A stretch of 64,000 bases of DNA from Chloroflexi bacterium AL-N1 (GTDB taxonomy: Bacteria; Chloroflexota; Chloroflexia; Chloroflexales; Roseiflexaceae): positions 6,535 through 70,534 of the forward strand of contig WYDT01000025.1 of NCBI GenBank assembly GCA_013122435.1, written 5' to 3'. Of this stretch, positions 27,781 through 38,719 are shown one piece after another. How positions within the stretch are numbered: the stretch's first letter is position 1; each line of letters starts with the position of its first letter. Made by a program: the position numbers and the translations under genes. The notes under the pieces are model-generated. The model saw nothing but the letters and a program-made list of their open reading frames with translations, had not been told where the DNA came from and did not search any database.

Positions 27781-29049
27781 TTATTCATTGTTCTGTTGGG
27801 CAACTTCTTCTCGCACCACCTCAAAGGCACGTGCTAGCTGGGCATCTTCACTTTCCTGAAGAGCCAATGCACTCAATTCGGCTGCTTCCTCGGGTGAGAG
27901 TGCAATAGTTTGCGGTGGTAGGGTCACAATCTCATCTGGCTCGATCCCAACCCCCCGTACTTGCTTACCGTTGGGTGTCAGCCATTCAGTGGTGCCAAGC
28001 AAGATCTGTGCACCATCATTCAGCTCAAAACGTCGCAAGACTGTGGCAGTACCAAATGTCGGGGTGCCGATCACTGTCGCACGATCTTGTTCTTTTAGTG
28101 CACCTGCCAGAATCTCCGCTGAACTCGCACTACCGCCATTAACCAGAACAACCATTGGCAGATCCGTTGCTAGGCCATCGCCGCTTGTGCGGTACGGATT
28201 TTGCTCACCATCACGATTTTGTTCCAAAAGTACCGTGGTGTTTTCAGGGAGGAATTCACTGGCAATAGAAATAAGTTCGTCGACCAGACCACCGGGATTG
28301 TTCCGCAAATCCAGAATAAGAGCTGTTGCACCTGCTGCTTGTGCCCCTGTGAGGGCTTCTTCGATATCTTCAGATGAAGGCTCCGAAAACTGGGTTAGTT
28401 CGATCAGTGCGACATCCTCTGGCAACATGGCCCAGGTAACACTAGGAATCTGCACTTCATCACGTTGTACCTCAACCTCGAGGGTCTCTTCACCACGTTG
28501 GATTGTCAGGAAAACACTGGTGCCCTTCGGCCCGCGCACTTTGCTCTGTAACTCTTCGACGGTCACACCCCGTACATCTTCACCATCAACTTCCATGATG
28601 AGATCGTCGGCCAGCAAACCAGCGGCTTCCGCAGGCGAATTTCTAATCGGCGCGATAATCAGCGGCTGCCCATCGCGGACATCGATAAATGCGCCAATAC
28701 CTTCAAAGCGGCCTGCCAAGGACTCACGTTCGGCTGCCGCCGCTTCCGCAGGCAGATAACGGGTATGACCTTGATCTCCCAGGCTGTTGATCATACCAGC
28801 GATGGCGCCGTCCGTCATTGTTTGCGGATCGATTGCCTCTGGATCAACAAAATGGGCAGACGCAACATCCCAGGCGCGCCAGAAGTTGGCAAAACCTGTA
28901 CATACCTCAGACGATTGAGGACAGGCAGTAGTAAACTGTGAATTGATAAAATAGCCACCGCCGAAGCCTAATACAAGAACAACCCCTAAAAATGGTGTAA
29001 CTAACCAAATAGGCACTTGTACCCGTAAAATGTTTCCTAAATGTCGCAT
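27781..29049 (-). CDS. ctpA: Carboxyl-terminal processing protease (S41A tail-specific protease) with PDZ domain and N-terminal membrane anchor
   Basis: N-terminal TM helix. PDZ segment. S41 motifs LDLRNNPGG and VVLVNGGSASSAEILAGALKE. Confidence 0.8.
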   Translation of the reverse strand: MRHLGNILRVQVPIWLVTPFLGVVLVLGFGGGYFINSQFTTACPQSSEVCTGFANFWRAWDVASAHFVDPEAIDPQTMTDGAIAGMINSLGDQGHTRYLPAEAAAAERESLAGRFEGIGAFIDVRDGQPLIIAPIRNSPAEAAGLLADDLIMEVDGEDVRGVTVEELQSKVRGPKGTSVFLTIQRGEETLEVEVQRDEVQIPSVTWAMLPEDVALIELTQFSEPSSEDIEEALTGAQAAGATALILDLRNNPGGLVDELISIASEFLPENTTVLLEQNRDGEQNPYRTSGDGLATDLPMVVLVNGGSASSAEILAGALKEQDRATVIGTPTFGTATVLRRFELNDGAQILLGTTEWLTPNGKQVRGVGIEPDEIVTLPPQTIALSPEEAAELSALALQESEDAQLARAFEVVREEVAQQNNE

Positions 29050-29306
29050 GTGTTCTCTCTAATACTTCTTAGTTGATAAAGATGATATAAATAACCATAT
29101 AACTAGCAAATATCTCAACTTTTCCATTCTATCGTTACGGTGTGCATGCTATACAACTGTTACGTTATAGACCATTACAGTGTAGTATACCAATGATAGA
29201 ACTAGCACAGAATGAGTGTATGATGAAAATGTAGCTATGGTAGTGCTTCCTTTTGACGAATTTCCATCTTTAGAACCATATAGATCTGTCATATCTCTTG
29301 ACCTGC

Positions 29307-30242
29307 TTAGGTTCCCAGACATATCTCTGTAACACCCCTCAATCCACGATACCATGAATCTGCTAGCATGTTTTGTTTGCCACTTGGTTGTACCGAGAAC
29401 AGTTGTAATGCTCCCCTTCCAGTGGCAACACAGATCATTTTTTGATCTACAAACAGGGTTCCTGGCGTCTCATTGCCAACCCAATCAGGAATAGGCTGTG
29501 CTTGAATAATCTTGAGTGTTTGCCCATTCCAATTTGTATACGCACTCGGCCACGGATCGTATGCGCGAATCATGCGTTCGATCTGAATTGCAGAGCTATG
29601 CCAGTCAATAAGACCGTCCGTTCGATTGAGCATCCGGGTATAGCTGGCTTGTGAGTCATCCTGTGGGATTAGCTCAATAGTACCTGCGGCGTAGCTGGCC
29701 AGTACCTCAACTAAACGCTCGGATCCTGAATGGAAGAGTTCATTGGTGAGTTGTTCTGTACGTGCATCAGGTGCAAGTGGTACACGCTGCTGCGACAGGA
29801 TCGGCCCTGCATCCATTTTGGATACAAGTTGCATAATCGTCATTCCTGTTTCGGTATCACCAGAGAGAATGGCGCCAATGACCGGAGTGGGTCCACGATG
29901 AAGCGGCAAGAGTGATGGATGCAGATTAATATATCCCAGTGGTGGAATGGCCAACACCTGTTTGCGGAGAATCTCACCGTATGCCGCTACGACGCCTACG
30001 TCAGGCCGAAAGGCGGCAAGTTGTTCAATAGCATCCGCATCACGCAGCGTTTCTGGCTGAAACACCGGGATACCATACTCAACCGCAAGCTCTTTCACTG
30101 GAGGAGGTTGGATTGTTCGTCGACGACCGGTTGGACGGTCTGGCTGTGTGACAACGCCAACTACCTCATACCGGGAATCGTGAATGAGTGCGCGAAGTGG
30201 GATAGTAGCAAACAATGGGGTGCCTAAAAATACGACTCGCAT
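29307..30242 (-). CDS. fmt: Methionyl-tRNA formyltransferase
   Basis: MRVVFLGTP..F; HPSLLPLHRGPTPV; N- and C-terminal Fmt domains; 311 aa. Confidence 0.85.
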   Translation of the reverse strand: MRVVFLGTPLFATIPLRALIHDSRYEVVGVVTQPDRPTGRRRTIQPPPVKELAVEYGIPVFQPETLRDADAIEQLAAFRPDVGVVAAYGEILRKQVLAIPPLGYINLHPSLLPLHRGPTPVIGAILSGDTETGMTIMQLVSKMDAGPILSQQRVPLAPDARTEQLTNELFHSGSERLVEVLASYAAGTIELIPQDDSQASYTRMLNRTDGLIDWHSSAIQIERMIRAYDPWPSAYTNWNGQTLKIIQAQPIPDWVGNETPGTLFVDQKMICVATGRGALQLFSVQPSGKQNMLADSWYRGLRGVTEICLGT

Positions 30243-30346
30243 AAACGGCTAACCTCCTTTATACTATAAAACATCGTTACGTTAAGTATGTCCACGTTAT
30301 GCAGGATTTGAAGTGTCAACAAGCAGTGATATGAGCTTTGAATGTA

Positions 30347-30376
30347 TTGCCTTTCACATACGCCGTGTAGTATAAT
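30347..30376 (+). promoter_or_regulatory. Candidate sigma70-type promoter (TTGCCT - 18 nt - TATAAT) about 100 nt upstream of the dehydrogenase gene
   Basis: -35-like hexamer at 30347-30352 and a perfect TATAAT at 30371-30376. Sequence reading only. Confidence 0.25.
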
Positions 30377-30479
30377 GCAGCATAGCCTGACTCGCTAGTT
30401 TTATATCAATGGTATCGCGTCATATAGTATTGTAATCGAATAAAAACATATTTTAGTATCTTTTGTGAATGGTATAGCG

Positions 30480-31415
30480 ATGCTGGCACTCCTCTTTGAT
30501 AAACAACTCCGACTGGTGAGCAATTACCCTGAACCAAACGTTCAGCCTAACGAAGCACTCATTCGGCCTCACCTTGTCGGTATTTGTAATACAGATATTG
30601 AGATAACCCGTGGCTACAAAGATTTTTGTGGCATACTGGGTCATGAGTTTGTTGGAACAGTGGTAGCGTGTGCAGATCCACAGTGGATGGGGGTGCGGGT
30701 GGTTGGTGAGATCAACAGCGCTTGCCAACAGTGTGATACCTGTCGACGTGGAGATACATCACACTGTATCTCACGTACTACTTTAGGTATCAATGGACGT
30801 GATGGAGCTATGGCTGAGAGGTTTAGCCTCCCAATTGCTTGTTTGCATGCCGTTCCTTCATCCATGCCAGATGAGGCTGCTATCTTTGTTGAACCACTTG
30901 CTGCCGCACTGGAGATACTTGAAGAAACACATCTACGTCCCAGTGACCGAGTTGCGGTAGTCGGTGATGGGAAACTAGGGTTGCTCTGTGCACAGGTACT
31001 CCGTTTACCTGGTTGTGATGTGACAGTCGTGGGTCGACATCCAGAACGCTGGGAGACATTACACACCCGTGGTATTCGGACTATCACAAAGAATAGTGAA
31101 CAGTTTGATGTCGTTGTTGATTGTACTGGTCAACCTGATGGGTTTGTTATAGCGTCTCAGTTAGTGCGTCCACGTGGTCGGTTGATCCTCAAAAGCACAT
31201 TTGCGTCTGAGGCATCTGTGAATCTAAGTACGCTGGTGGTGAACGAAATTCGCTTGATTGGCTCACGATGCGGACCATTTGCCCCGGCATTACGGTTATT
31301 AGAGCAAGGGCTTGTCGATACACGCCCACTTATTGCAAAACGATACACGCTACGCCATGCAATAAATGCATTTCAAGCCGTACCAAATCAGCTTAAAATA
31401 CTTCTGGAGGTCTGA
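30480..31415 (+). CDS. Zinc-dependent alcohol dehydrogenase family (threonine-dehydrogenase-like MDR)
   Basis: Catalytic Zn ligands GICNTD...GHEFVG. Structural Zn C-x2-C-x2-C-x7-C (CQQCDTCRRGDTSHC). Rossmann VVGDGKLGLL. ATG at 30480 preferred over the upstream GTG. Confidence 0.7.
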   Translation: MLALLFDKQLRLVSNYPEPNVQPNEALIRPHLVGICNTDIEITRGYKDFCGILGHEFVGTVVACADPQWMGVRVVGEINSACQQCDTCRRGDTSHCISRTTLGINGRDGAMAERFSLPIACLHAVPSSMPDEAAIFVEPLAAALEILEETHLRPSDRVAVVGDGKLGLLCAQVLRLPGCDVTVVGRHPERWETLHTRGIRTITKNSEQFDVVVDCTGQPDGFVIASQLVRPRGRLILKSTFASEASVNLSTLVVNEIRLIGSRCGPFAPALRLLEQGLVDTRPLIAKRYTLRHAINAFQAVPNQLKILLEV

Positions 31416-32585
31416 ATGTCAATCAAGAACACCGTTACATCTCTCGTTCTAACCCTACTGTTCTTCTCTCTCATCGCCATCTTTCTGGCGACATCCCAGA
31501 ATGCGCTTGTCACTGGTTTAAGTGTGATTATTTTAGCAGTCAGTCTGATCATTGGTCTCACTGGCAGTTGGCGTGAACTTGGTATTATGGCTGGGTTTAC
31601 TGGTCTTGTATCTCTCGTTGCCGCATCATTGGTTGGTGGCGCAATGTTTAACAATATAGGGGCCTTCCTTTTTACATTAATCTGGGGAGTTGTGCTGCTT
31701 TTCATTGCATTGTGGGTACAGCGAAACATGCTTTTTGTCTCTAGTGATCGTGATGTGTTAGTTACCAACACCTATACTGGTATTACCCACATCGCCCCCA
31801 AACCCGTGGCACCACCACTTATGCCTTTTCTTGAGGTGAAAGTTGCTGAAATCCCACTTTATACCATGCTGCTGACAGTCTCTGTCGACACAATAAACAC
31901 TGCACCTGGCTACAATCTGAATCGGATTGATTTTGCGGTTGCCTATAAGATCGTTGATCCACGTCAGGCACGACGCAGTATCGCTAATCGTGGAAGTGCA
32001 CAACAAGAGGTCGCCAAGCAACTTGGACAAGATGTCAATCAGGCACGCAATAACGTTGTTTTCTGGGAACGCTTGATAGGTAAGCAACTCAGTGGCACCA
32101 TGGATGGTATTGTCCGTGAGGTTGTGTATGAGAGTAAGCTGGGTCCAGTTGATGCGTATAAGAATCGGCACCAGCTCTTAGGAAAAATAACCGATGATTT
32201 GACCGATTCGTTGGCAGCCCGAGGCATCGAAATCATCGCTGTGGAATTTGACTTCTTCGATGTTGATCGTGAAAGCTTCCGCCGTGCGAATCGTGAGCGA
32301 TATTGGGAGCGTGATACCAAACTGAAGCGGATTGAAGCTGAACGGGAAGCTGAGCGGATACGTATTGTTGGTGAAGCACAAGCAGAAGCAGAGGCCGACC
32401 GTGTCGCAATGCTGGTACGCTCATTGCGCGAGTCTGGTATCGATCTATCACCTGAGGATCTTGAAGACATCGTTATTAGTGCAATACGTGCATCTTCGGA
32501 ATTTGAGGGCGATTATGTACGACTGTTACCAGAGCCACTCCCGAATGCAAAACCCGCTGATAAAAAAGTAAGTGCAGGTAAGTAA
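31416..32585 (+). CDS. SPFH/band-7 (stomatin/flotillin-like) membrane protein
   Basis: Four N-terminal TM helices. SPFH core (RIDFAVAYKIVDPRQA). C-terminal EA-rich coiled coil EAEREAERIRIVGEAQAEAEADR. Start overlaps the upstream stop. Confidence 0.7.
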   Translation: MSIKNTVTSLVLTLLFFSLIAIFLATSQNALVTGLSVIILAVSLIIGLTGSWRELGIMAGFTGLVSLVAASLVGGAMFNNIGAFLFTLIWGVVLLFIALWVQRNMLFVSSDRDVLVTNTYTGITHIAPKPVAPPLMPFLEVKVAEIPLYTMLLTVSVDTINTAPGYNLNRIDFAVAYKIVDPRQARRSIANRGSAQQEVAKQLGQDVNQARNNVVFWERLIGKQLSGTMDGIVREVVYESKLGPVDAYKNRHQLLGKITDDLTDSLAARGIEIIAVEFDFFDVDRESFRRANRERYWERDTKLKRIEAEREAERIRIVGEAQAEAEADRVAMLVRSLRESGIDLSPEDLEDIVISAIRASSEFEGDYVRLLPEPLPNAKPADKKVSAGK

Positions 32586-33517
32586 TGACGGATGATATAG
32601 CTGATATTGTCGTGGTTGGGGCTGCGTGTCTTGATGTCAAAGGACGCTTAAACGGTGATATTGTTGCAGGAACATCCAACCCTGGTATGGTGCAAATTAG
32701 CGTGGGGGGATGTGCGCGCAACATTGCGGAGAATCTTGCGCGTCTGGGGTTGCCCACAGCACTTTTAACGGCTGTATGTCAGGACGATTTTGGTCGTACC
32801 ATTGTCCATCAAACAGAGAATGCTGGCGTGAACACCGATCATGTGCTCATTACCTGTGATCGACATTCAGCAGCTTATATGGCATTACTAAATCCGCAGG
32901 GGAATCTCCTGGTCGGTCTTGATGATACCGAAGCAACCTTAGCCATTACGCCAGAGTATATCAACGAACATGCATCATTGCTCGCCAATGCCAGAATGGT
33001 CATGATGGATGCCAATGTTCCAATCGAAAGCACTAAACGCTTACTCGATATTTGTAGTATTGCTGGCGTGCCGGTTGGGCTTGATCCAGTCGCTTTTGCT
33101 CCAGCACAACGATATCGAAACCAGATCGGTGCATTTGCATTGGTTACGCCAAACGCTGTCGAAGCCCAAGCATTAACGGGAATGCCTATCAGCAATGTTG
33201 AGCAAGCTATTCGTGCAGCCAAACAACTTATTGCCCAGGGGGTAGAGATTGCCATCATCACGATGGCAGACCAAGGATTGGTTTATGCAACATCTGATCT
33301 GAGTGGACACATCCCGGCTATATCGATGGAAATTGTTGACGCGACTGGTGCTAGCGATGCACTTACCTCAACCGTTCTGTATGCACTTGTCAATGATATA
33401 TCGATTGACGAGGCTGTTCGGTTAGGGGCCAGTGCAGCGGCACTGACGCTCAGTTCAACGGAAACTGTGCGTCAGGATTTGAGTTTAGAAAGCTTATACG
33501 AACAGCTTGTATTGTAG
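32585..33517 (+). CDS. PfkB-family carbohydrate kinase (ribokinase-like)
   Basis: N-terminal VVVGAACLDV. GG motif SVGGCARN. C-terminal DATGASDA anion-hole motif. Start overlaps the upstream stop (ATGA). Confidence 0.75.
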   Translation: MTDDIADIVVVGAACLDVKGRLNGDIVAGTSNPGMVQISVGGCARNIAENLARLGLPTALLTAVCQDDFGRTIVHQTENAGVNTDHVLITCDRHSAAYMALLNPQGNLLVGLDDTEATLAITPEYINEHASLLANARMVMMDANVPIESTKRLLDICSIAGVPVGLDPVAFAPAQRYRNQIGAFALVTPNAVEAQALTGMPISNVEQAIRAAKQLIAQGVEIAIITMADQGLVYATSDLSGHIPAISMEIVDATGASDALTSTVLYALVNDISIDEAVRLGASAAALTLSSTETVRQDLSLESLYEQLVL

Positions 33518-33619
33518 TGGTTTTAAGCACTGCTAGTTGCACGGCATTTTGCAGGTTGTACGTTCTGGTAGCACTTTATCGACTCTTATAGAGAAACCCT
33601 GCAAACAGTGACCTGACCT

Positions 33620-34942
33620 ATGAAACGTATTCTCATCGCAGATGACGAACTGGCTGTGCGGCAACTTCTAGACCTGGTTCTTCGTGGCCAGGGATATGAG
33701 GTCATGACTGCACAAAATGGTGATGAATTGGTCCGTATGGCCCAAGACCATGTACCAGATTTGATGCTGGTGGATCTTATGATGCCAGTATTAGATGGGT
33801 ATGAGGCAATTCGACAGATGCGTAACGACACACGTACCGCACACGTCCCAATGGTCATTTTGACTGCTCGATCCACGCCAAACGATGTCGTGGTAGGCTT
33901 TGAGAGTGGGGCTGACGATTACGTAACGAAACCATTTAATATTCCTGAACTGCTTGCGCGTATCAAAGGACATTTGCGACGTGCCTCACAACGTCCGGTC
34001 CGAAGCCCTCTGACAGATTTACCAGGGAATGTGCTGCTCACGGAAGAACTAAAATTTCGTCTTAAAAAAGATGAACCGTTTGCCTTACTCTATCTTGATC
34101 TTGATAATTTTAAGGCTTTTAACGATACATATGGCTTTGCACGAGGAGATCGAGTGATTAAACTTGTTGCTGAGGTGGTGACAAATGAGGTGCATAGGCT
34201 AGCTACTGAACACGATTTCATCGGCCACATCGGTGGTGATGATTTTGCCATCCTGACCCACCCAGATATGGTTGCACAATTATGTAAAAGTGTCATCGAA
34301 ACGTTTGATCAGCGTATAAGAATGCTTTATGATCCTAAAGATCTTGAATTGGGGTATCTGCCCGGCCATGATCGACAAGGCGTTCCTCGGCGTTTTCCGA
34401 TTGTGTCAATTTCGATAGGTGTTGTTGATACCAACCGTCGTATATTTGCTAATCATGAAGAGGTTAGTCGCACTGCCGCTGAAATGAAGCAATTTGCGAA
34501 ACAACAGGTGGGTAGTAGTTATGCAATCGATGTACGTGGTAGTGATCAAGCATATACGGAACTTGAAAGACGTGGTCAGAATCAACCACCAATCTTGTTG
34601 CTAAGCGTCAACGATACATTTCTTGACACACTGCATGCCCCGCTAGAAGAATACGGCTATCGAACACTTGAAGCTCACACTATTCTTGATGCGAATGCCC
34701 TGCTAGCCCATGATTTGCGACCTCAACTCATTTGTGCTGATGCGCGGTTAGGCTCCCCATTGTGGGAGTTTGCTCAGACATTAATGTCTGATACACCATC
34801 AACAGTGTTGATTGTCCTCTCTGAGGATGCGGAAGATGAGGAGCTCGCTTTCACCCATGGCGCACGTGCGTTCATCCAACTACCGTTTCAGGTCCAACGA
34901 TTTTTGTCATGCATCGTCCAGTTTGTGCGGCGTGAGGAATAA
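33620..34942 (+). CDS. Response regulator with receiver - GGDEF (variant GGDDF) - second degenerate receiver-like domain; putative diguanylate cyclase
   Basis: REC: ILIADDE...DLMMPVLDG...K. GGDEF: LYLDLDNFKAFNDTYG..RGD...HIGGDDFAIL. The C-terminal 120 aa show a receiver-like fold (LLLSVND...ICADARLG) lacking an obvious phospho-Asp. Confidence 0.8.
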   Translation: MKRILIADDELAVRQLLDLVLRGQGYEVMTAQNGDELVRMAQDHVPDLMLVDLMMPVLDGYEAIRQMRNDTRTAHVPMVILTARSTPNDVVVGFESGADDYVTKPFNIPELLARIKGHLRRASQRPVRSPLTDLPGNVLLTEELKFRLKKDEPFALLYLDLDNFKAFNDTYGFARGDRVIKLVAEVVTNEVHRLATEHDFIGHIGGDDFAILTHPDMVAQLCKSVIETFDQRIRMLYDPKDLELGYLPGHDRQGVPRRFPIVSISIGVVDTNRRIFANHEEVSRTAAEMKQFAKQQVGSSYAIDVRGSDQAYTELERRGQNQPPILLLSVNDTFLDTLHAPLEEYGYRTLEAHTILDANALLAHDLRPQLICADARLGSPLWEFAQTLMSDTPSTVLIVLSEDAEDEELAFTHGARAFIQLPFQVQRFLSCIVQFVRREE

Positions 34943-34944
34943 AT

Positions 34945-37900
34945 ATGCTCTATCTGCTCATCTTTGTCATCATTCTGGTTTGTCTGGGAGTCGGGTATGT
35001 ACGCTTTCGTCCGGAAGCCCGAAAACGGGTTATGAATATAGTAGATCGGTTTCGCAAAAAAAACCACCCCAAACCAACTAGTTCTGCAGGCACTGTCACC
35101 GTTATCCAGGATGGTGAGGAGATTCAGGCGCCTATTCAACGTGCCGAAGCACCACAAAAACAACGTCTATCGTTTCGGACCATGCTAAACCAACATATGC
35201 GACAAGCCCCCCGAACCTTTGCAATAGCGACAGTTATTCTTGTAAGTCTTGTTGCATTGTGGCTTGTACCCGGCTTGCTCCCAGCACCTGCTGATCAGTT
35301 TGTCGTGATTGTCGCTCCTTTTCAGGACCCGGATGGTCAGATAAGTCAATCCGGTCGGACAGTCGCACGCCAGTTAGCCGATCAATTGCCCACTGCCAGC
35401 GGCAATCGAGTCACCTCACAGTTTGTCAACGACCCACCAGGTGATCCCAACCAGGCATTGCGGATGCTCGAACGCTATGGGGCAGATGCGCTAATATGGG
35501 GCGAAATTGAGCCAGGTGGCATTCTCAATCAGGAATCATTACGTCCCTTACTCGCCTATCAATCGAACGGAGCATTTGCACCAGCCGGCTGGGATGGGTA
35601 TGTCGGTCGATTTACCATGCCAACTGTCTACACACTGTCAACGGCTCCGATTAATGGACAAGTCGTGTTGCCTGATCTTCTGGGTGCCTTGGCCGACTAT
35701 GGGAATGGCGAATCCGATGCGGCTTTTGCAACATTGGGTCAACTCATTGATGATTATCCAGCACTTTCCCCGGTTCTGACATATGCAGTGCGGGGCAATG
35801 TACTGTGGGCGCGCGGCGAATATACCACAGCAGCAGAGCAATACCGTCGGACTGGTGTGATGGAAGCAGTAGACGAATCATCACAAATGGCATTACTAGC
35901 CAATAATCTCGGTGCTATTTTGCAAGACGCGAACGACTCAGATGCACAGGAGGCCTTTAGACAAGCTGCTAAATTGCTGGGAGGCCGCGATTTAGTTGAG
36001 CTACGATTGAATTGGGGGATTGAGCACATACGCCTGTGGGAACCAGAAGAGGCGATCAGTCAACTCGAAGCTGGTCGCAATTTGTTAGAACGCGAACTAT
36101 TACCAACCTCCTTCTTGCTCACTCTTGCAGAAGCCTATCGTATGGATGGCCAATTTACCCTGGCGCAGCAATCGCTTGATCGTGCTGAACTACAAGTGCA
36201 GATAGATTCCGAAAAAACGACACCCGATCAACGAAATCTTGTGACACATCGGTTACGTGCACATATGGCAGAAGAGCAAGCAAAACTAACACTGGCACAA
36301 GCACTGGATGTTCCAGGGCGCCTGGATTGGTCCTTACAGAGAGATGAGACGCTATTCTCTAATACAGATGAGTCAATTGATATCCTCAACACAGCCCAAC
36401 GTTTCTTTGATGAGTCACTAAGTGAGACGGAGTTGCTTATGGGTGATTGGGGACGGCGTGCTGCCGCAGAAGATGCCGCTGAGAACCCGATCACCAGCCT
36501 TGTCGCTACCGGACAGTCACGGCGTGCGGAAATACACATGCGTGAACGTCAGCGTTGGCAGGCAATTACCAACTACACTATTTCACAAACCCGTGGGATA
36601 CGTGGCCCAGAAGGCTTTGCAGCTTTCTGGGCCATGTTTGCTGGTGATCAGACACCCGTGGGGCGATCACGCACAACACTACAAACCCTGGTCGAAACCC
36701 AGTCCGAAGATATAGATTCACGCATTTGGTTAGGCCGTACCTGGCGGTTAAGCGGTGAGTTGGAGCAGGCCCGTGAGCAATTTATTACTGCGACAGAACT
36801 CGAGTCCCAGCGGCCAGAGCCATGGTATCATCAAGCGCTTGTTGAACTTCCTCGTGATCGTGCAGAGGGGTGGAATCTCCTCGAGCAGGCTATTGATCAA
36901 GACTCAAGTTACTACCCGGCCCGCAAAAAACTTGCCGAAGTTGCAATTGAAGATCAACAGTGGGCTGTGGCATTGGAACAATGTCGATGGTTGGCACGTG
37001 AACAATCCAGTGACTCTGCAACAGTCACACTTGCACACGTCCTGCGGCTTAGTGGTCCCTCAGGCTATGTCGAAGCAGAACAGCTATTGCTGCCTTTAGC
37101 AAATATAAATCAGGTTGATGCTTTACTGGAATTAAATCAGTTGTATCAAGCAAACGGACAAATAGCTGCAGCAATGGAAGCCTTACAAAGTGCGAATCAG
37201 GTTAGTCCGAATCGTGCTGAGATTGCGTATGAAATGGGCAATTTGTATGTGCTTCAAGAAAGTCCGGCAGAGGCGGAAACACAATACCGCCGTGCCATCG
37301 ATTTACAGCCTTTGTATGTAGAAGCACATCTCGCACTTGGACAACTCTACACACATGTGGGGCGTCTTAACGATGCTGCACAAGAGTACCGTGCGGCCCT
37401 CGACGCGGGAACCAGTGACCCTGATGAACTCAAGCAAATTGGCATCGTACTTTTAGCTAATAATGAAGTAGACTCAGCCATCTCGGCCTTTGAGCGTGCC
37501 CGTGACAGTTCTCCTGAAGACCCAGAAGTATACTATCATCTTGGTCGTGCACACATACAAGATGGCCAACTGGCTACAGCACAGGAAGAGGTCCAACAAG
37601 CGATTGAGTTACGGAATGGGATGTATCCAGAAGCCCACGCTCAGTTGGGTGATATTGCTTTAATACAAGGCGATTTCCAAATGGCAAATGAAGAGTTCAA
37701 CATAGCATTAGACCAGAATCCGACCTTAGTTAATGCTCATATCGGATTAGGTCGTGTAGCAGGAGCACAGGGCAACTGGGCAGTGGCTCAAGGTCATTTC
37801 CAAAACGCTATCGCACAATCACCCGAATCGGCGCAAGCCCACCTGTGGCTCGGTGAAGCGCTGGTGCGTCAAGATCGTGGCAATGATGCAATTGCAGCCT

Positions 37901-38496
37901 ATAATCACACATTAGAACTCGTCCCAAATTACCCAGAGGCGTATTTTGGTCTGGCTCAAGCACAAGCCGCCGAAGGACAACTTGCTGAGGCATCTACCAA
38001 TATTGAACAGGCATTGTTCCTGCAACCAAACTATGCCGACGCTTTACTGTTGCATGCAAAAGTGTACGAACAACAGGATCAGGTTACTGACGCCATCCAA
38101 GCCTACGGCGATACTATTGAGGCCAATGAAGACCTAGCTGAACCGCGCTATCGGCGTGCTTTGCTCTATATTCGTACCGATCGCATACCTGAGGCGCGGG
38201 ACGATTTAGAGCGGGCAGTTCGTCTTCAGCCCAACTTTCCTGAGGCACATTATTGGTTGGGACGTACGTATCTTATTGATAACCGCGCAGCTATCGCACG
38301 CGATCAATTTGAACAGGCAGTTGAACAACGTGGTGGAAATTATCCCGAAGCACGGTTTTATCAAGGCGTCGCGGAGGAGCAACTTGGGCAACGCGATAAC
38401 GCAATTACGTCATTTCGGATTGCCCTTCAGCAAGGGCAGGATCGTCCCTGGAGCCGAGAAGCGCAGGCCGCACTTACTCGACTTGAGTCGCAATAA
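34945..38496 (+). CDS. Large tetratricopeptide-repeat (TPR) protein with an N-terminal transmembrane anchor; coupled to the upstream GGDEF regulator
   Basis: 1183 aa. N-terminal TM helix. At least 15 TPR-like units (AxxYxxAL..P/N..A repeats). Its ATG lies 2 nt after the upstream TAA. Confidence 0.75.
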   Translation: MLYLLIFVIILVCLGVGYVRFRPEARKRVMNIVDRFRKKNHPKPTSSAGTVTVIQDGEEIQAPIQRAEAPQKQRLSFRTMLNQHMRQAPRTFAIATVILVSLVALWLVPGLLPAPADQFVVIVAPFQDPDGQISQSGRTVARQLADQLPTASGNRVTSQFVNDPPGDPNQALRMLERYGADALIWGEIEPGGILNQESLRPLLAYQSNGAFAPAGWDGYVGRFTMPTVYTLSTAPINGQVVLPDLLGALADYGNGESDAAFATLGQLIDDYPALSPVLTYAVRGNVLWARGEYTTAAEQYRRTGVMEAVDESSQMALLANNLGAILQDANDSDAQEAFRQAAKLLGGRDLVELRLNWGIEHIRLWEPEEAISQLEAGRNLLERELLPTSFLLTLAEAYRMDGQFTLAQQSLDRAELQVQIDSEKTTPDQRNLVTHRLRAHMAEEQAKLTLAQALDVPGRLDWSLQRDETLFSNTDESIDILNTAQRFFDESLSETELLMGDWGRRAAAEDAAENPITSLVATGQSRRAEIHMRERQRWQAITNYTISQTRGIRGPEGFAAFWAMFAGDQTPVGRSRTTLQTLVETQSEDIDSRIWLGRTWRLSGELEQAREQFITATELESQRPEPWYHQALVELPRDRAEGWNLLEQAIDQDSSYYPARKKLAEVAIEDQQWAVALEQCRWLAREQSSDSATVTLAHVLRLSGPSGYVEAEQLLLPLANINQVDALLELNQLYQANGQIAAAMEALQSANQVSPNRAEIAYEMGNLYVLQESPAEAETQYRRAIDLQPLYVEAHLALGQLYTHVGRLNDAAQEYRAALDAGTSDPDELKQIGIVLLANNEVDSAISAFERARDSSPEDPEVYYHLGRAHIQDGQLATAQEEVQQAIELRNGMYPEAHAQLGDIALIQGDFQMANEEFNIALDQNPTLVNAHIGLGRVAGAQGNWAVAQGHFQNAIAQSPESAQAHLWLGEALVRQDRGNDAIAAYNHTLELVPNYPEAYFGLAQAQAAEGQLAEASTNIEQALFLQPNYADALLLHAKVYEQQDQVTDAIQAYGDTIEANEDLAEPRYRRALLYIRTDRIPEARDDLERAVRLQPNFPEAHYWLGRTYLIDNRAAIARDQFEQAVEQRGGNYPEARFYQGVAEEQLGQRDNAITSFRIALQQGQDRPWSREAQAALTRLESQ

Positions 38497-38719
38497 TATA
38501 TAATATGATGATATAATGTAGAAAGATTTTGGAGATAGTAACAGCTACGTAGAGTTTGTTATAGAGGTAGTGTTGTAACATCTCATACATACTCCTGGTA
38601 TGTTATATGCTATTATGGTCAAAGGTTATAGTTAGGTACGGTATTGGTCAAAGAATATTCTCTTGAGAGGGTTTTGAGAGTTTAAAGCAATGTCTACGGC
38701 AGAGTAGCCGTGTCATTCA

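Noticed and set aside
27971-28759. 262-aa plus-strand ORF, Ser/Arg/Pro-rich
   Set aside because: Antisense shadow ORF within the ctpA (S41 protease) coding region, with low-complexity composition and no motifs.
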